A model generated the notes under the pieces. The model was not told the origin of the DNA, searched no databases, and was given only the letters and a program-made list of their open reading frames with translations. DNA of 50,489 nt from Nitrospirota bacterium. Its GTDB lineage: Bacteria > Nitrospirota > UBA9217. The stretch covers positions 1-50,489 of the forward strand of contig JAOUEV010000021.1 of assembly GCA_029858565.1 (NCBI GenBank). Reading direction: 5' to 3'. Numbering within the stretch: position 1 is the first letter of the stretch; the number at the start of each line of letters is the position of its first letter. A program made the translations under genes and the position numbers. Below are positions 42,132 to 50,489 of this stretch, in pieces.

Positions 42132-42409
42132 TTGTGTCCTTCGAGCGAAGATACCACCCAGAGATCAAGTCAGCGGATATTCCTCTGCTTGATGCGAAAA
42201 TAAAAGAGCGCATCAAGAAAGCCATTGAAACGCGACTTACTACGGAGCCGCAGCTCTATGGTGCGCCCTTGCGGAAAACACTCCATGGTTATTGGAAGCT
42301 TCGCGTCGGGGATTATCGGGTGGTCTTCAAAATAGCCGGAAACGAAGTATGGATTCTCGGGATCATTCATCGAAAGAAAGTCTACGACGCTATCGAGAAG
42401 AGATTGTAG
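42128..42409 (+). CDS. RelE/ParE-family toxin
   Basis: GAPLRKTLHGYWKLRVGDYRVVF...IIHRKKVY; GTGA overlap with antitoxin. Confidence 0.88.
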   Translation: MIVSFERRYHPEIKSADIPLLDAKIKERIKKAIETRLTTEPQLYGAPLRKTLHGYWKLRVGDYRVVFKIAGNEVWILGIIHRKKVYDAIEKRL

Positions 42410-42459
42410 CTAAGCTCTTCACATTTACCTTCCATCCGACCACCTGTATGCTGGCCGGC

Positions 42460-43821
42460 CTAATCCGCAGCCAATCCGAATTTTTTCAGCTTTCTCCAGA
42501 GCGACACACGGTCAATTCCCAGGATCTGTGAGGCCAATGTCCTGTTCCCGGCGACCTCGTTCAGCACCCATCGTATGTAGGCGAGCTCCTGCTCCTCCAG
42601 CGAGGGGATTCGTCCCTCTTTCTTGCGGAATGTCTTGATGTTCAGTTCCTTCAGGTCATCGGGAAGATGACCGAGCTCCACGGTCTTGCTGTTCGAGAGC
42701 GCGACCCCGCGCTCCACGATATTCTCCAGCTCCCGGACGTTGCCGGGGAAGTCATAGTTCATGAGCAGGCTGATCACGTCCTCGTTGATCTCGGTGACCG
42801 GCCTCTTCATGAGCGTAGCGTACTTCCTGAGGAAATAATAGGAGAGCAGGGGGATATCATCCTTGCGCTCGGCCAGCGGCGGGATGCGGAGCGATACAAC
42901 GTTCAGCCGGAAGTACAGGTCCTGGCGGAAAGCGCCGCTCTTAACGGTCTCCTGGATGTCCCGGTTCGTCGCGGCGACGAATCGCACATTGACCTTTACG
43001 GCCTCGGTGCCGCCAAGGCGCAGGATCTCCCGCTCCTGGATGACCCGGAGAAGCTTCACCTGCATGGAGGTCGGCATCTCGGTTATCTCATCAAGGAACA
43101 GCGTGCCTTCCGACGCCATCTCGATCAGGCCCTTTTTCGCGACAGCAGCGCCGGTAAATGCGCCTTTCTCATGGCCGAACAGCTCATTGGTCAGCAATTC
43201 CTCGTTAAAGGCGCCGCAGTTGATGGCGAAAAAAGGCCCTGCGGCGCGGCGGCTGTGGAGGTGGATGAACCGGGCGAACAACTCTTTGCCTGTCCCGCTC
43301 TCTCCGGAGATCAGCACATTCGTGTCTACCGGCGCAACTTGTCGCGCCACATCGAGCAGCCTTTGCATCCCCGGGTCCTGCGTGATGATCTTTACCTTGC
43401 CCTGGTAGGACTCGAGCTGTTCGCGCAGGTTGCGGTTCTCCTTCTTCAGGGCTACTTTGTGAACTGCTTCGGCGACCACCTTGCGGACATCATCAAGCTT
43501 GAAGGGCTTGGCAATATAATAGAAAGCGCCGTGCTTCATCGCCTCGACCGCCGACTCCAGCGTGGCAAAGCCCGTGATCATGATGACTTCGGTGTCCGGA
43601 TGGGCATCGCGGCATCGCTTGAGGACCTGGAATCCATCCACCTTTTCCATTTTCAGGTCGGTCAATACCACGTCGAAGGACATTTCTTCAAGCAGATTGA
43701 TCGCGTTCTGACCGCTCTGGGTCGCCGTGACCTCGTATCCTTCTTTCTTCATGACGTGTTCGAGATTCTTGAGCGCCACTCGCTCATCGTCGACAATGAG
43801 TATCTTAGCGTGAGTATTCAT
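42460..43821 (-). CDS. Sigma54-dependent response regulator (NtrC family)
   Basis: REC domain (IVDDE, LTDLKM, KP), GESGTGKE, GAFTGA, FLDE, PGNVREL, Fis-type HTH. Confidence 0.95.
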   Translation of the reverse strand: MNTHAKILIVDDERVALKNLEHVMKKEGYEVTATQSGQNAINLLEEMSFDVVLTDLKMEKVDGFQVLKRCRDAHPDTEVIMITGFATLESAVEAMKHGAFYYIAKPFKLDDVRKVVAEAVHKVALKKENRNLREQLESYQGKVKIITQDPGMQRLLDVARQVAPVDTNVLISGESGTGKELFARFIHLHSRRAAGPFFAINCGAFNEELLTNELFGHEKGAFTGAAVAKKGLIEMASEGTLFLDEITEMPTSMQVKLLRVIQEREILRLGGTEAVKVNVRFVAATNRDIQETVKSGAFRQDLYFRLNVVSLRIPPLAERKDDIPLLSYYFLRKYATLMKRPVTEINEDVISLLMNYDFPGNVRELENIVERGVALSNSKTVELGHLPDDLKELNIKTFRKKEGRIPSLEEQELAYIRWVLNEVAGNRTLASQILGIDRVSLWRKLKKFGLAAD

Positions 43822-43833
43822 TTCAATCCCTTC

Positions 43834-45339
43834 TCACTTCATCGGAAGCCTGATGAGGAACACCGTGCCCTTGCCTGCTTCGCTGTCCACGGCGATGCAC
43901 CCGTCGTGCTCATCGATGATCTCATGGACAATGAACAAACCAAGGCCCGATCCCCGACCAACGTCCTTGGTCGTGAAGAAGGGATCAAAAACCTTGGTAA
44001 GGATGTCCTCAGGGATGCCGCTGCCGGTATCGCGCACTTCGATATCCACCGTGTCATCCTCGAGCGTGCACTTGCCGTGATATTTGAGATAGTTGTAGAT
44101 ACCGCCGTCGTCTCCTACCTTGTCAATAGCGCGGTGAAAGCGGGCCGCGATTGTGATGGTCCCTTCCCCGGGGATCGCCTCGGCCGCGTTCTTCAGCAGG
44201 TTCAGGAAGACCTGCTGGATCCGCTGTTTGTCCGCGAGTATCTCTACATCTTCGGCGATATTGACCTGGATGGAGGCTTTCGCGGGTATCTGTCCCTTGA
44301 TGAAGCGGATGGTCTCGTTGATCAGTCCGCGGAGCGGGATCCGCTGTTTCTTGAACTCCCTGTCCCGGGAGAATTCGAGCAGCGAGCGGACGATGTTCCG
44401 CGCACGGTCGGTCTGCTCGTTGATCTGGTCGACCAGCTCCCGTTTGAATGCCGGATCCGCGCTGTCAAGCTCTTCCGCCAGGATCTGGCCTGACGAGGAT
44501 ATGTTGGAAAGAGGGTTGTTCAGCTCATGGGCCACTCCCGAGAGAAGCGTTCCCAGGGAAGCGAGCTTCTCCGACTGTACCAGGTGGCGCTGGCGGAGCT
44601 CAAGCTCGCGCAGCATCTTGTTGAAAGCGCGGGTCAGGGAAAGCACCTCGCGGTCCCGGGAATCGATCGGGATGTTCTCGAAGGTGCCTTCAGCGATCAC
44701 TTCCATGTTCCGCTCCATCAGCTTCAGCGGTTTCACGACCATGCGTTCAAGCACCTGGCCGATCACGATGACCAGTGCGATCAGGACCAGCAGGGAGATG
44801 AGCAGGAATCGCTGCGAGGCGGCAAGCAGCGCCTGGATGCTCGACCGTTCGTTCCGGGAGATCTCTTCGGCCACGGTCACGATATCCTTGCCGGTCTTGC
44901 GGATCTTTCCCTCCAGCCGGACCTTGAGCGCCTGATCCTCCGGCGTAGGTTTGGTTCGCTGACGGCGGATGAGCTTCTCGTACCGGTCCATCAGCTCCTG
45001 ATACTGGCGGAGGTCCTTGCGGAGCAAAACGATGACCTCGGGCGAGGCGAGGGCCGCGAAGCCGGCGCGACTGACGTCGAGGATCTCACCGGCCCGGAGG
45101 GCATAGCGCAGGTTTTCCGCGTAGTCCGACCGCTGCTCAAAGAGGAAATAATTCTTCTCGAACCGCCGGATCTCCAGGGTGGTATCGAAGAACTCGGAGA
45201 TCGTCTCGCCGACCATGATCTTCTTTTCAAGATAGCGAAGCTCCAGGAACGTGAAGGCCGAGAGACCGATGATCATGAGCACCACGGCGTAGTAACCAAG
45301 GCGGATCTTCTGGCGGATGCTGTGCTGGTATTTGATCAT
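43834..45339 (-). CDS. Membrane sensor histidine kinase (2 TM, HAMP, HisKA, HATPase)
   Basis: SEKLASLG..GVAHELNNPL, NLLKNA, DTGSGI, FFTTK, GSGLGL; ATGA overlap with the Lon stop. Confidence 0.93.
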   Translation of the reverse strand: MIKYQHSIRQKIRLGYYAVVLMIIGLSAFTFLELRYLEKKIMVGETISEFFDTTLEIRRFEKNYFLFEQRSDYAENLRYALRAGEILDVSRAGFAALASPEVIVLLRKDLRQYQELMDRYEKLIRRQRTKPTPEDQALKVRLEGKIRKTGKDIVTVAEEISRNERSSIQALLAASQRFLLISLLVLIALVIVIGQVLERMVVKPLKLMERNMEVIAEGTFENIPIDSRDREVLSLTRAFNKMLRELELRQRHLVQSEKLASLGTLLSGVAHELNNPLSNISSSGQILAEELDSADPAFKRELVDQINEQTDRARNIVRSLLEFSRDREFKKQRIPLRGLINETIRFIKGQIPAKASIQVNIAEDVEILADKQRIQQVFLNLLKNAAEAIPGEGTITIAARFHRAIDKVGDDGGIYNYLKYHGKCTLEDDTVDIEVRDTGSGIPEDILTKVFDPFFTTKDVGRGSGLGLFIVHEIIDEHDGCIAVDSEAGKGTVFLIRLPMK

Positions 45340-47339
45340 TGCTGCACCAGGACCTGCGGAACGATCTCGGCGACCGTGTCGGCCAGGATGATCGTAATGT
45401 CCGACCGGACGGCGGCGGGAAGCTCGTCCACGTCGCTCCTGTTCTTGAGCGGCAGCACGATGGTGCGGACCCCGGCCCGTCGGGCGGCAAGCACTTTTTC
45501 CCGCACACCTGCAACCGGCAGCAGTCTGCCGGTGAGCGTGATCTCGCCGGAAAGGGCGACATCCCTGCGGGCCGGACGGCTGGTCAGGAGCGACAGGATC
45601 GCGACCGCGATCGTGATGCCCGCCGAGGGTCCGTCCTTCTGGATAGCGCCGGAGGGAACATGAATATGGATGTCCTGGTTCTCGAAGAAGTCCTCGGGGA
45701 TGGCAAAGGTCCGGGCGTTGCTCCTGATATAGGAAAGGGCTGCCTGGGCCGATTCGCGCATCACGTCGCCGAGCGATCCCGTGATGATCAGCTCCTTCTT
45801 CCCTTTCATGGCAACCGCTTCGACAAAGATGATATCGCCTCCGGCTTCGGTCCGGACAAGACCGGTCGCGACGCCGATCCGGTCCGTTTCCTCGACAACG
45901 TCAACGTGATATTTCTTCCTGCCCAGGAACCGCTCAAGCTCCGCCGGCGTGACGGTCACGGATTTTCGGCCGCCGGAGCCGAGCGACTCCTTTGCGAGCT
46001 TTCTGCAGACCATGGCGATCTGGCGCTCCAGGCCGCGTATGCCGGCCTCCCGGGTGTGTTCCCGGATGACGTGCTCCAGGGCTGCCTGGGTAAAGACGAC
46101 CTGGTCCGGTGACAGGCCTTTTTCACGGACCTGTTTCGGCACCAGGAACCGCGAAGCGATCTCGAGCTTATCCTCGAGCGCGTATCCGGAGAACTCGATG
46201 ACCTCCATGCGGTCGCGCAGCGGACCGGGCATGGCCTCAACGACATTCGCCGTGACAATGAACATCACGCCGGACAGGTCAAAGGGAACATCGAGGTAAT
46301 GGTCAGTGAAGGCCCGGTTCTGCTCCGGGTCCAGGACCTCCAGCAGGGCCGACGCCGGGTCTCCCTTGAAGTCCGAACCGATCTTGTCCAGCTCATCGAG
46401 CATCAGAACGGGATTCGCAGAACCCACCCGCCGGATCTCTTCAATGATCCTGCCGGGCCGCGCGCCGGTGTATGTCCGGCGATGGCCGCGGATGTCCGCT
46501 TCGTCCTTCACCCCGCCCAGGGAGATGCGGGCGAAGTTCCTTCCCAGGGCAAGCGCTATGGACCTGCCAAGAGAGGTCTTTCCCGTGCCCGGAGGCCCGG
46601 CAAAGCAGAGCACGGTGCCTCGCGAGCCCGTTGCGAGCGATCGTTTTTCAAGGGCTTGCCGGACGGTTTCGCGCACTTCATCGAGCTTATAGGGCTTGGT
46701 GATGTAATGGAAGGCTCCCCGCTTCATCGCATCGATCGCTGACTGGACCGTGGCGAATCCGGTAACAATGATCACCCGGGTCTCGGGAAAGCGCTTCTTC
46801 ACCGATTCAAGAAGGTCCATGCCGCTTACCGGGCCCATGCGCAGGTCCGTCAGGACAACGTCGAACTCACCGGTCTCGAGAGCCTGGAGCCCTGATTCCG
46901 CGTCAGCGGCGGTTACGACCTCATAGTGCTCCCTGGTCAGGATATGAGAAAGGTTCTTTCGAGCGATCTCCTCATCGTCAATGACAAGGATGCGCGCCTG
47001 CCTGTTCATCCGCAGCACCTTGACCGCGAGGTGCTCCAGCACGCGCTCCTTGATCAGCTCGAGACCGAAATGGTGTTCATTCAGCACGCGCTCTGCGCGA
47101 ACGATGTCAAGGTTGTCCTCGGTGCGGTGGTTCCAGGGAAGGGAGAGCAGGTAGTCGATGTAGGTGAGGCCGATGGAGAACTCGGCGGACGACGGTCCGA
47201 TCTTCGACAGGACCTCGAGCTCCTGTACGGCAACAGGAGCGACCACAGGGGGCAGATGGGCATTTTCGATCCTCTGGCGCAGCTCTGCGAGGACCTGATC
47301 CTGTTCCTTGTCGGTATTTTTTTTATTAAAGAATCCCAT
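45336..47339 (-). CDS. LonA-family ATP-dependent protease lacking the N-domain, with inserted receiver (REC) domain
   Basis: LSLPW, HFGLELIKERVLEHLAV, REC (ILVIDDEE, VVLTDLRM, VTG, ITKP), GPPGTGKT, LDELDK, KDGPSAG, REKVLAA. ATG 47339. Confidence 0.9.
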   Translation of the reverse strand: MGFFNKKNTDKEQDQVLAELRQRIENAHLPPVVAPVAVQELEVLSKIGPSSAEFSIGLTYIDYLLSLPWNHRTEDNLDIVRAERVLNEHHFGLELIKERVLEHLAVKVLRMNRQARILVIDDEEIARKNLSHILTREHYEVVTAADAESGLQALETGEFDVVLTDLRMGPVSGMDLLESVKKRFPETRVIIVTGFATVQSAIDAMKRGAFHYITKPYKLDEVRETVRQALEKRSLATGSRGTVLCFAGPPGTGKTSLGRSIALALGRNFARISLGGVKDEADIRGHRRTYTGARPGRIIEEIRRVGSANPVLMLDELDKIGSDFKGDPASALLEVLDPEQNRAFTDHYLDVPFDLSGVMFIVTANVVEAMPGPLRDRMEVIEFSGYALEDKLEIASRFLVPKQVREKGLSPDQVVFTQAALEHVIREHTREAGIRGLERQIAMVCRKLAKESLGSGGRKSVTVTPAELERFLGRKKYHVDVVEETDRIGVATGLVRTEAGGDIIFVEAVAMKGKKELIITGSLGDVMRESAQAALSYIRSNARTFAIPEDFFENQDIHIHVPSGAIQKDGPSAGITIAVAILSLLTSRPARRDVALSGEITLTGRLLPVAGVREKVLAARRAGVRTIVLPLKNRSDVDELPAAVRSDITIILADTVAEIVPQVLVQQ

Positions 47340-47562
47340 GTCCAATGATCCAGGAAAACCGGTTTTCGCGCGAAGCCGCAAAGCCGCTAAAAAAGATTAA
47401 AGGAACAAGCCGTAGCAGCGGAAAAACAAGGAACATGTTCTGAGTACTGTATCCATTCATCTTAGCGAAGGGTCTGCCCAAGACATTTGTCCTGTTTTTC
47501 TTTGCGGCTTTGGGCGAGACAGAAAATGAATTTAGATAGCACTTAACAACGACCCGGCATCA

Positions 47563-47663
47563 GTTGCATTTTACAACGCCTAGCTGGTAAGTGCAACAGC
47601 GATTATTTCTCAATTTAACAATATGTTACATGATTCATTATAAAGACCATTGCATTTGTAAAC
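47563..47663. promoter_or_regulatory. Putative enhancer (UAS) sites and IHF-like site
   Basis: GTTGCATTTTACAAC (47563), GCTGGTAAGTGCAAC (47583), ATTGCATTTGTAAAC (47649); TAACAATATGTTA (47616). Confidence 0.5.
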
Positions 47664-47740
47664 AACACTGTCCGATTACTGTACCGGATACTGAACCTAT
47701 TACTTCTTAATATACAACACGTTCCGCATAAAGGGAACTT

Positions 47741-47756
47741 TGGCACGATGGTTGTA
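47741..47756 (+). promoter_or_regulatory. Sigma54 (-24/-12) promoter
   Basis: TGGCACG-ATGG-TTGTA versus consensus TGGCACG-N4-TTGCW; GT instead of GC at -12. Confidence 0.7.
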
Positions 47757-47795
47757 ATAGTAATAATAGAAAAACAATGAAAGGAGGGTTGACCT

Positions 47796-47966
47796 ATGAA
47801 GACCCTGTTAAAGAAAATGGAGACGATGTTCGCAGCATCAGCATTTGCCGAGGCCGGAGAACATGAGACCGCGCGCCAGATCCTGAAGGACGCTGAGCAG
47901 CGGAAGAACGATCGTCCGTCGCTTCAGGCGCGTCCATCCACCAGGCCGTCGCTGCGGGCGAACTAG
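47796..47966 (+). CDS. Small protein (56 aa) with FAEAGE motif
   Basis: Below ORF-track cutoff. AGGAGG SD; MKTLLKKMETMFAASAFAEAGEHETARQILKDAEQRKNDRPSLQARPSTRPSLRAN. Confidence 0.75.
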   Translation: MKTLLKKMETMFAASAFAEAGEHETARQILKDAEQRKNDRPSLQARPSTRPSLRAN

Positions 47967-47987
47967 AGCGCTGGAGCAGGTCGAACC

Positions 47988-48485
47988 ATGGACAGCCAGA
48001 AGCTCAAGAAGATCATGAAGCAGATCGAGGATTCCCTCGCAGCGGTCTCCTTTGCCGAGGAAGGCCAGCAGGAGACGGCGGCTACCCTGTTCCGGAGGGA
48101 GCGGAGACTGCTCGTCGCGGTGCGGGAAGGACATGTCGATCCAAAGACCCTGAAGTACGGCCTGAATACCGCTGTCAGGATCGGATCGCAGGTCGACATC
48201 CTCTATGTCACCGCCGAGGGCGGCGGCCACACGCGGATCGACAAGGACCTCGAGGAGTTCGATCGCGAACTTTCGGCAGCTGCCATTCCTCATCGCCTGG
48301 TCAGGAAGAGCGGCTGTCTGAAGCAGCAGATCATCGACTACACGAACAAGGAGCATGAGGTGCTCTTCGTGGTTGTCGAATCCCCCCGCAGTCTGGATGC
48401 GGACTGCTCGGGCAAGGACACCGCGCTGACAGAGTTGTGGAAAAAGCTGCGGTGTCCGCTTGTGGTGGTGTCTGAAGCGCAGTAA
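47988..48485 (+). CDS. USP-like protein with N-terminal FAEEG motif
   Basis: SLAAVSFAEEGQQETA, then RLLVAV, VDILYV and CPLVVV as in the USP fold. Confidence 0.7.
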   Translation: MDSQKLKKIMKQIEDSLAAVSFAEEGQQETAATLFRRERRLLVAVREGHVDPKTLKYGLNTAVRIGSQVDILYVTAEGGGHTRIDKDLEEFDRELSAAAIPHRLVRKSGCLKQQIIDYTNKEHEVLFVVVESPRSLDADCSGKDTALTELWKKLRCPLVVVSEAQ

Positions 48486-48572
48486 GCCAAGCAGCAAGCA
48501 CTAAGCGATAAGCATAATCCTGTAAAAAGACTTTGAGCAGGTTCATTACATTCTCTTTAAGGAGGCATTATC

Positions 48573-48824
48573 ATGGCAGCAACAAGCAGCAAGAAAAAAC
48601 CGGTCACCGCGCTGGTGATCACCGGTATCGTGTCGATCGTGATGTACGGTCTGCTCCTGACCAAGCAGGAACTGATCAACAGCACCTTCGGCAAGGGCGG
48701 ATGGTTCGCATTCCTTCCGATCGTGACGGCATTCCTGTTCTCCTTCGTGCACGGAGCGTTCACCGGCCACTTCTGGACCGTGCTCGGCATCGAAGCGGCA
48801 AAAAAGAAGAAGGAGGTAAAGTAA
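48573..48824 (+). CDS. Small two-TM membrane protein
   Basis: AGGAGG SD, two hydrophobic helices, FSFVHGAFTGHFW. Confidence 0.75.
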   Translation: MAATSSKKKPVTALVITGIVSIVMYGLLLTKQELINSTFGKGGWFAFLPIVTAFLFSFVHGAFTGHFWTVLGIEAAKKKKEVK

Positions 48825-48825
48825 G

Positions 48826-49908
48826 ATGCACGATATTGCGACGAATTTCATCAATCTTGATCTCATCACCATGCTGTACCTCTTCGGTGTCGGTTTCGTT
48901 GGCGGCCTGGTCTCCGGTTTCATCGGTTCGGGCGGCGCTTTTGTGCTTACCCCGGGCATGATGAGCCTGGGCGTTCCCGGTCTCATGGCAGTTGCGAGCA
49001 ATATGTGCCACAAGTTCCCCAAGGCGCTGGTCGGCGCGGTGAAGCGCGCCAAGTACGGCCAGGTGGACGTGAAGCTCGGGATCATTCTCGGCATCTCGGC
49101 TGAAGCGGGTGTGCTCTACGGCGCGCATATCCAGGAGAGCATCAAGAAGGCCTTTGGCGATGCCGGTTCTAACCTTTATGTCAGCGCCGCGTTCGTGGTG
49201 ATCCTTGCCACTGTGGGCGGGTTCGTTCTGCGCGACGCATGGAAGACCCATAAGTCCGGAACCGCACATGAAGAGGAAAAGGCAGGCAAGCTGGCCAAAT
49301 GGGTGCAGTCCATCAACATTCCCGGCACTATGGTCTACTTCAAGAGCCTGAACGCCAAGGTCTCGGTGCTCTTTACCATCCCCCTCGGGTTCGCAACCGG
49401 CATGCTGGCCGCGACGATCGCCGTGGGCGGATTCGTGGGCGTTCCGTCCATGATCTATGTTCTCGGCGCGCCGAGCATCATGGCGTCGGCAACAGAGCTG
49501 GTGATCGCCTTTGTGATGGGCGTGGGCGGATCGTTCAAGTACGCGCTTTCGGGCCTGGTGGACATCAGGCTGGCCATGCTGATCCTCGCGGGCTCGCTCT
49601 TCGGCGTTCAGCTTGGCGCGATCGGCACGACCTACGTGAAACCCTTCATGATCAAGATGGTGATGGGGGTGATCATGGTGATCGTGCTCTTCAGCCGTGC
49701 GCTCATGATCCCGGTCTATATGTCCCAGCTCGGCTTGATGGACAAGATGGGCGACATGACCGTGAAGGTGCTGAAGAACACCAGTTTTGCTATAATGATC
49801 GCAGCACTGGCGATCGGAGCGTTCATCATCATTAAGGCCTTTGTGGAAGGCCGCAGGGAAGAGAAGCTCCGCCTGGCGTCAGAAGCGCTGGAACATGGGA
49901 AAATATAA
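48826..49908 (+). CDS. TauE/SafE (TSUP) family membrane transporter
   Basis: GFVGGLVSGFIGSGGAFVLTP repeated as AVGGFVGVPSM; GSLFGVQLG. Confidence 0.85.
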   Translation: MHDIATNFINLDLITMLYLFGVGFVGGLVSGFIGSGGAFVLTPGMMSLGVPGLMAVASNMCHKFPKALVGAVKRAKYGQVDVKLGIILGISAEAGVLYGAHIQESIKKAFGDAGSNLYVSAAFVVILATVGGFVLRDAWKTHKSGTAHEEEKAGKLAKWVQSINIPGTMVYFKSLNAKVSVLFTIPLGFATGMLAATIAVGGFVGVPSMIYVLGAPSIMASATELVIAFVMGVGGSFKYALSGLVDIRLAMLILAGSLFGVQLGAIGTTYVKPFMIKMVMGVIMVIVLFSRALMIPVYMSQLGLMDKMGDMTVKVLKNTSFAIMIAALAIGAFIIIKAFVEGRREEKLRLASEALEHGKI

Positions 49909-50489
49909 GAAAATCCTTATAGCTGTCGATGGTTCTGAATCAAGCCGGAACGCGCTCCTGCAGGCGTTCCGGCTTGCTGTTGAAGAAAAGTGCTGGATCA
50001 CGGTCACGTCGGTCGTCCCGCCGGTCACCGGCGACCTGGACCTTACCGGCGTGTCGGACGTTCGCGCTTCCCTTGCCAAACCCTGCGAAGATGCCCTGAC
50101 CGAAGCACGCAGTCTCGCCGAGCAGGAGTGCATCCTGATCAAGACAGTGCGCGAGGAAGGCGAGACCTATGAGCGGATCGTGGACCTGGCAGATGCCGAG
50201 AACGCGGACATCATCGTCATGGGACGCAGGGGACTGCGCAGAATGGCGCGCGTTCTGGTCGGCAGTGTGACCGCGCGGGTGATCGGCCACACGCAGCGTG
50301 ATGTTCTTGTGGTCCCCGCGGGCTCGATCCTGGGCTGGAAGAAGATCGTGGTTGCCACGGACGGATCCCGGTTCAGCGCGAAGGCGACGGACAAGGCCAT
50401 CAGCTTTGCCCAGGCCTACGGCGGATCGCTCGCGGTCCTGTCGGTGGTCGATGTGCCGCCGGAGCTGTATGCCGAGGCGCCGCAGGCGG
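49895..50489 (+). CDS. Tandem-domain universal stress protein, runs off window
   Basis: Not in ORF track. MGKYKKILIAVDGSESS...IIVMGRRG...LVGSVTARV...VLVVP, second domain KIVVATDGS. Confidence 0.88.
   Translation, partial: MGKYKKILIAVDGSESSRNALLQAFRLAVEEKCWITVTSVVPPVTGDLDLTGVSDVRASLAKPCEDALTEARSLAEQECILIKTVREEGETYERIVDLADAENADIIVMGRRGLRRMARVLVGSVTARVIGHTQRDVLVVPAGSILGWKKIVVATDGSRFSAKATDKAISFAQAYGGSLAVLSVVDVPPELYAEAPQA

Noticed and set aside
48484-48517. Short AAGC-spaced heptamer tract after the USP-like gene
   Set aside because: Too short and degenerate to assign, and a different unit from the GCGGA family.

Overview
Bacterial chromosomal origin region. Gene content (mglBA, four-subunit POR, TusA/DsrE, sigma54 systems, parAB-bactofilin) suggests an anaerobic Nitrospirota- or Desulfobacterota-like organism; this is inference. 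The left arm (minus strand) runs mnmE-mnmG-rsmG-[parS]-Clp1-family kinase-[parS]-parA-parB-bactofilin-large purL, then a small protein/nucleotidyltransferase pair. A ~10 kb accessory block (pgi, TIGR03546/TIGR03545, class V PLP enzyme, GIY-YIG, NUDIX, NMP-kinase-like, HD, DsrE, HIT, hisI, DsrE2, tusA) sits where rpmH-rnpA-yidC usually lie. It contains what looks like the oriC unwinding site (DnaA-trios plus DnaA boxes at ~19.55-19.77 kb), about 2.3 kb from dnaA. The right arm (plus strand) runs dnaA-dnaN-gyrB-TPR-gyrA-TPR-serS, all four tRNA-Ser genes, tRNA-Arg(ACG)-tadA, SRP RNA, dnaX-ybaB-recR, porCDAB, mglBA, tRNA-Asn and an RHH/RelE toxin-antitoxin pair. The right end holds the most unusual system: a Lon protease lacking its N-domain, with a receiver domain inserted in its AAA+ module. 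It is co-transcribed with a histidine kinase and a sigma54 activator, and faces a sigma54-type operon (unannotated 56-aa FAEAGE-motif peptide, USP-like protein with the same motif, small membrane protein, TauE/TSUP transporter, tandem USP). Degenerate heptamer repeats are scattered through intergenic spaces, and one lies in frame inside purL. All calls come from reading motifs by eye; no database searches were run.
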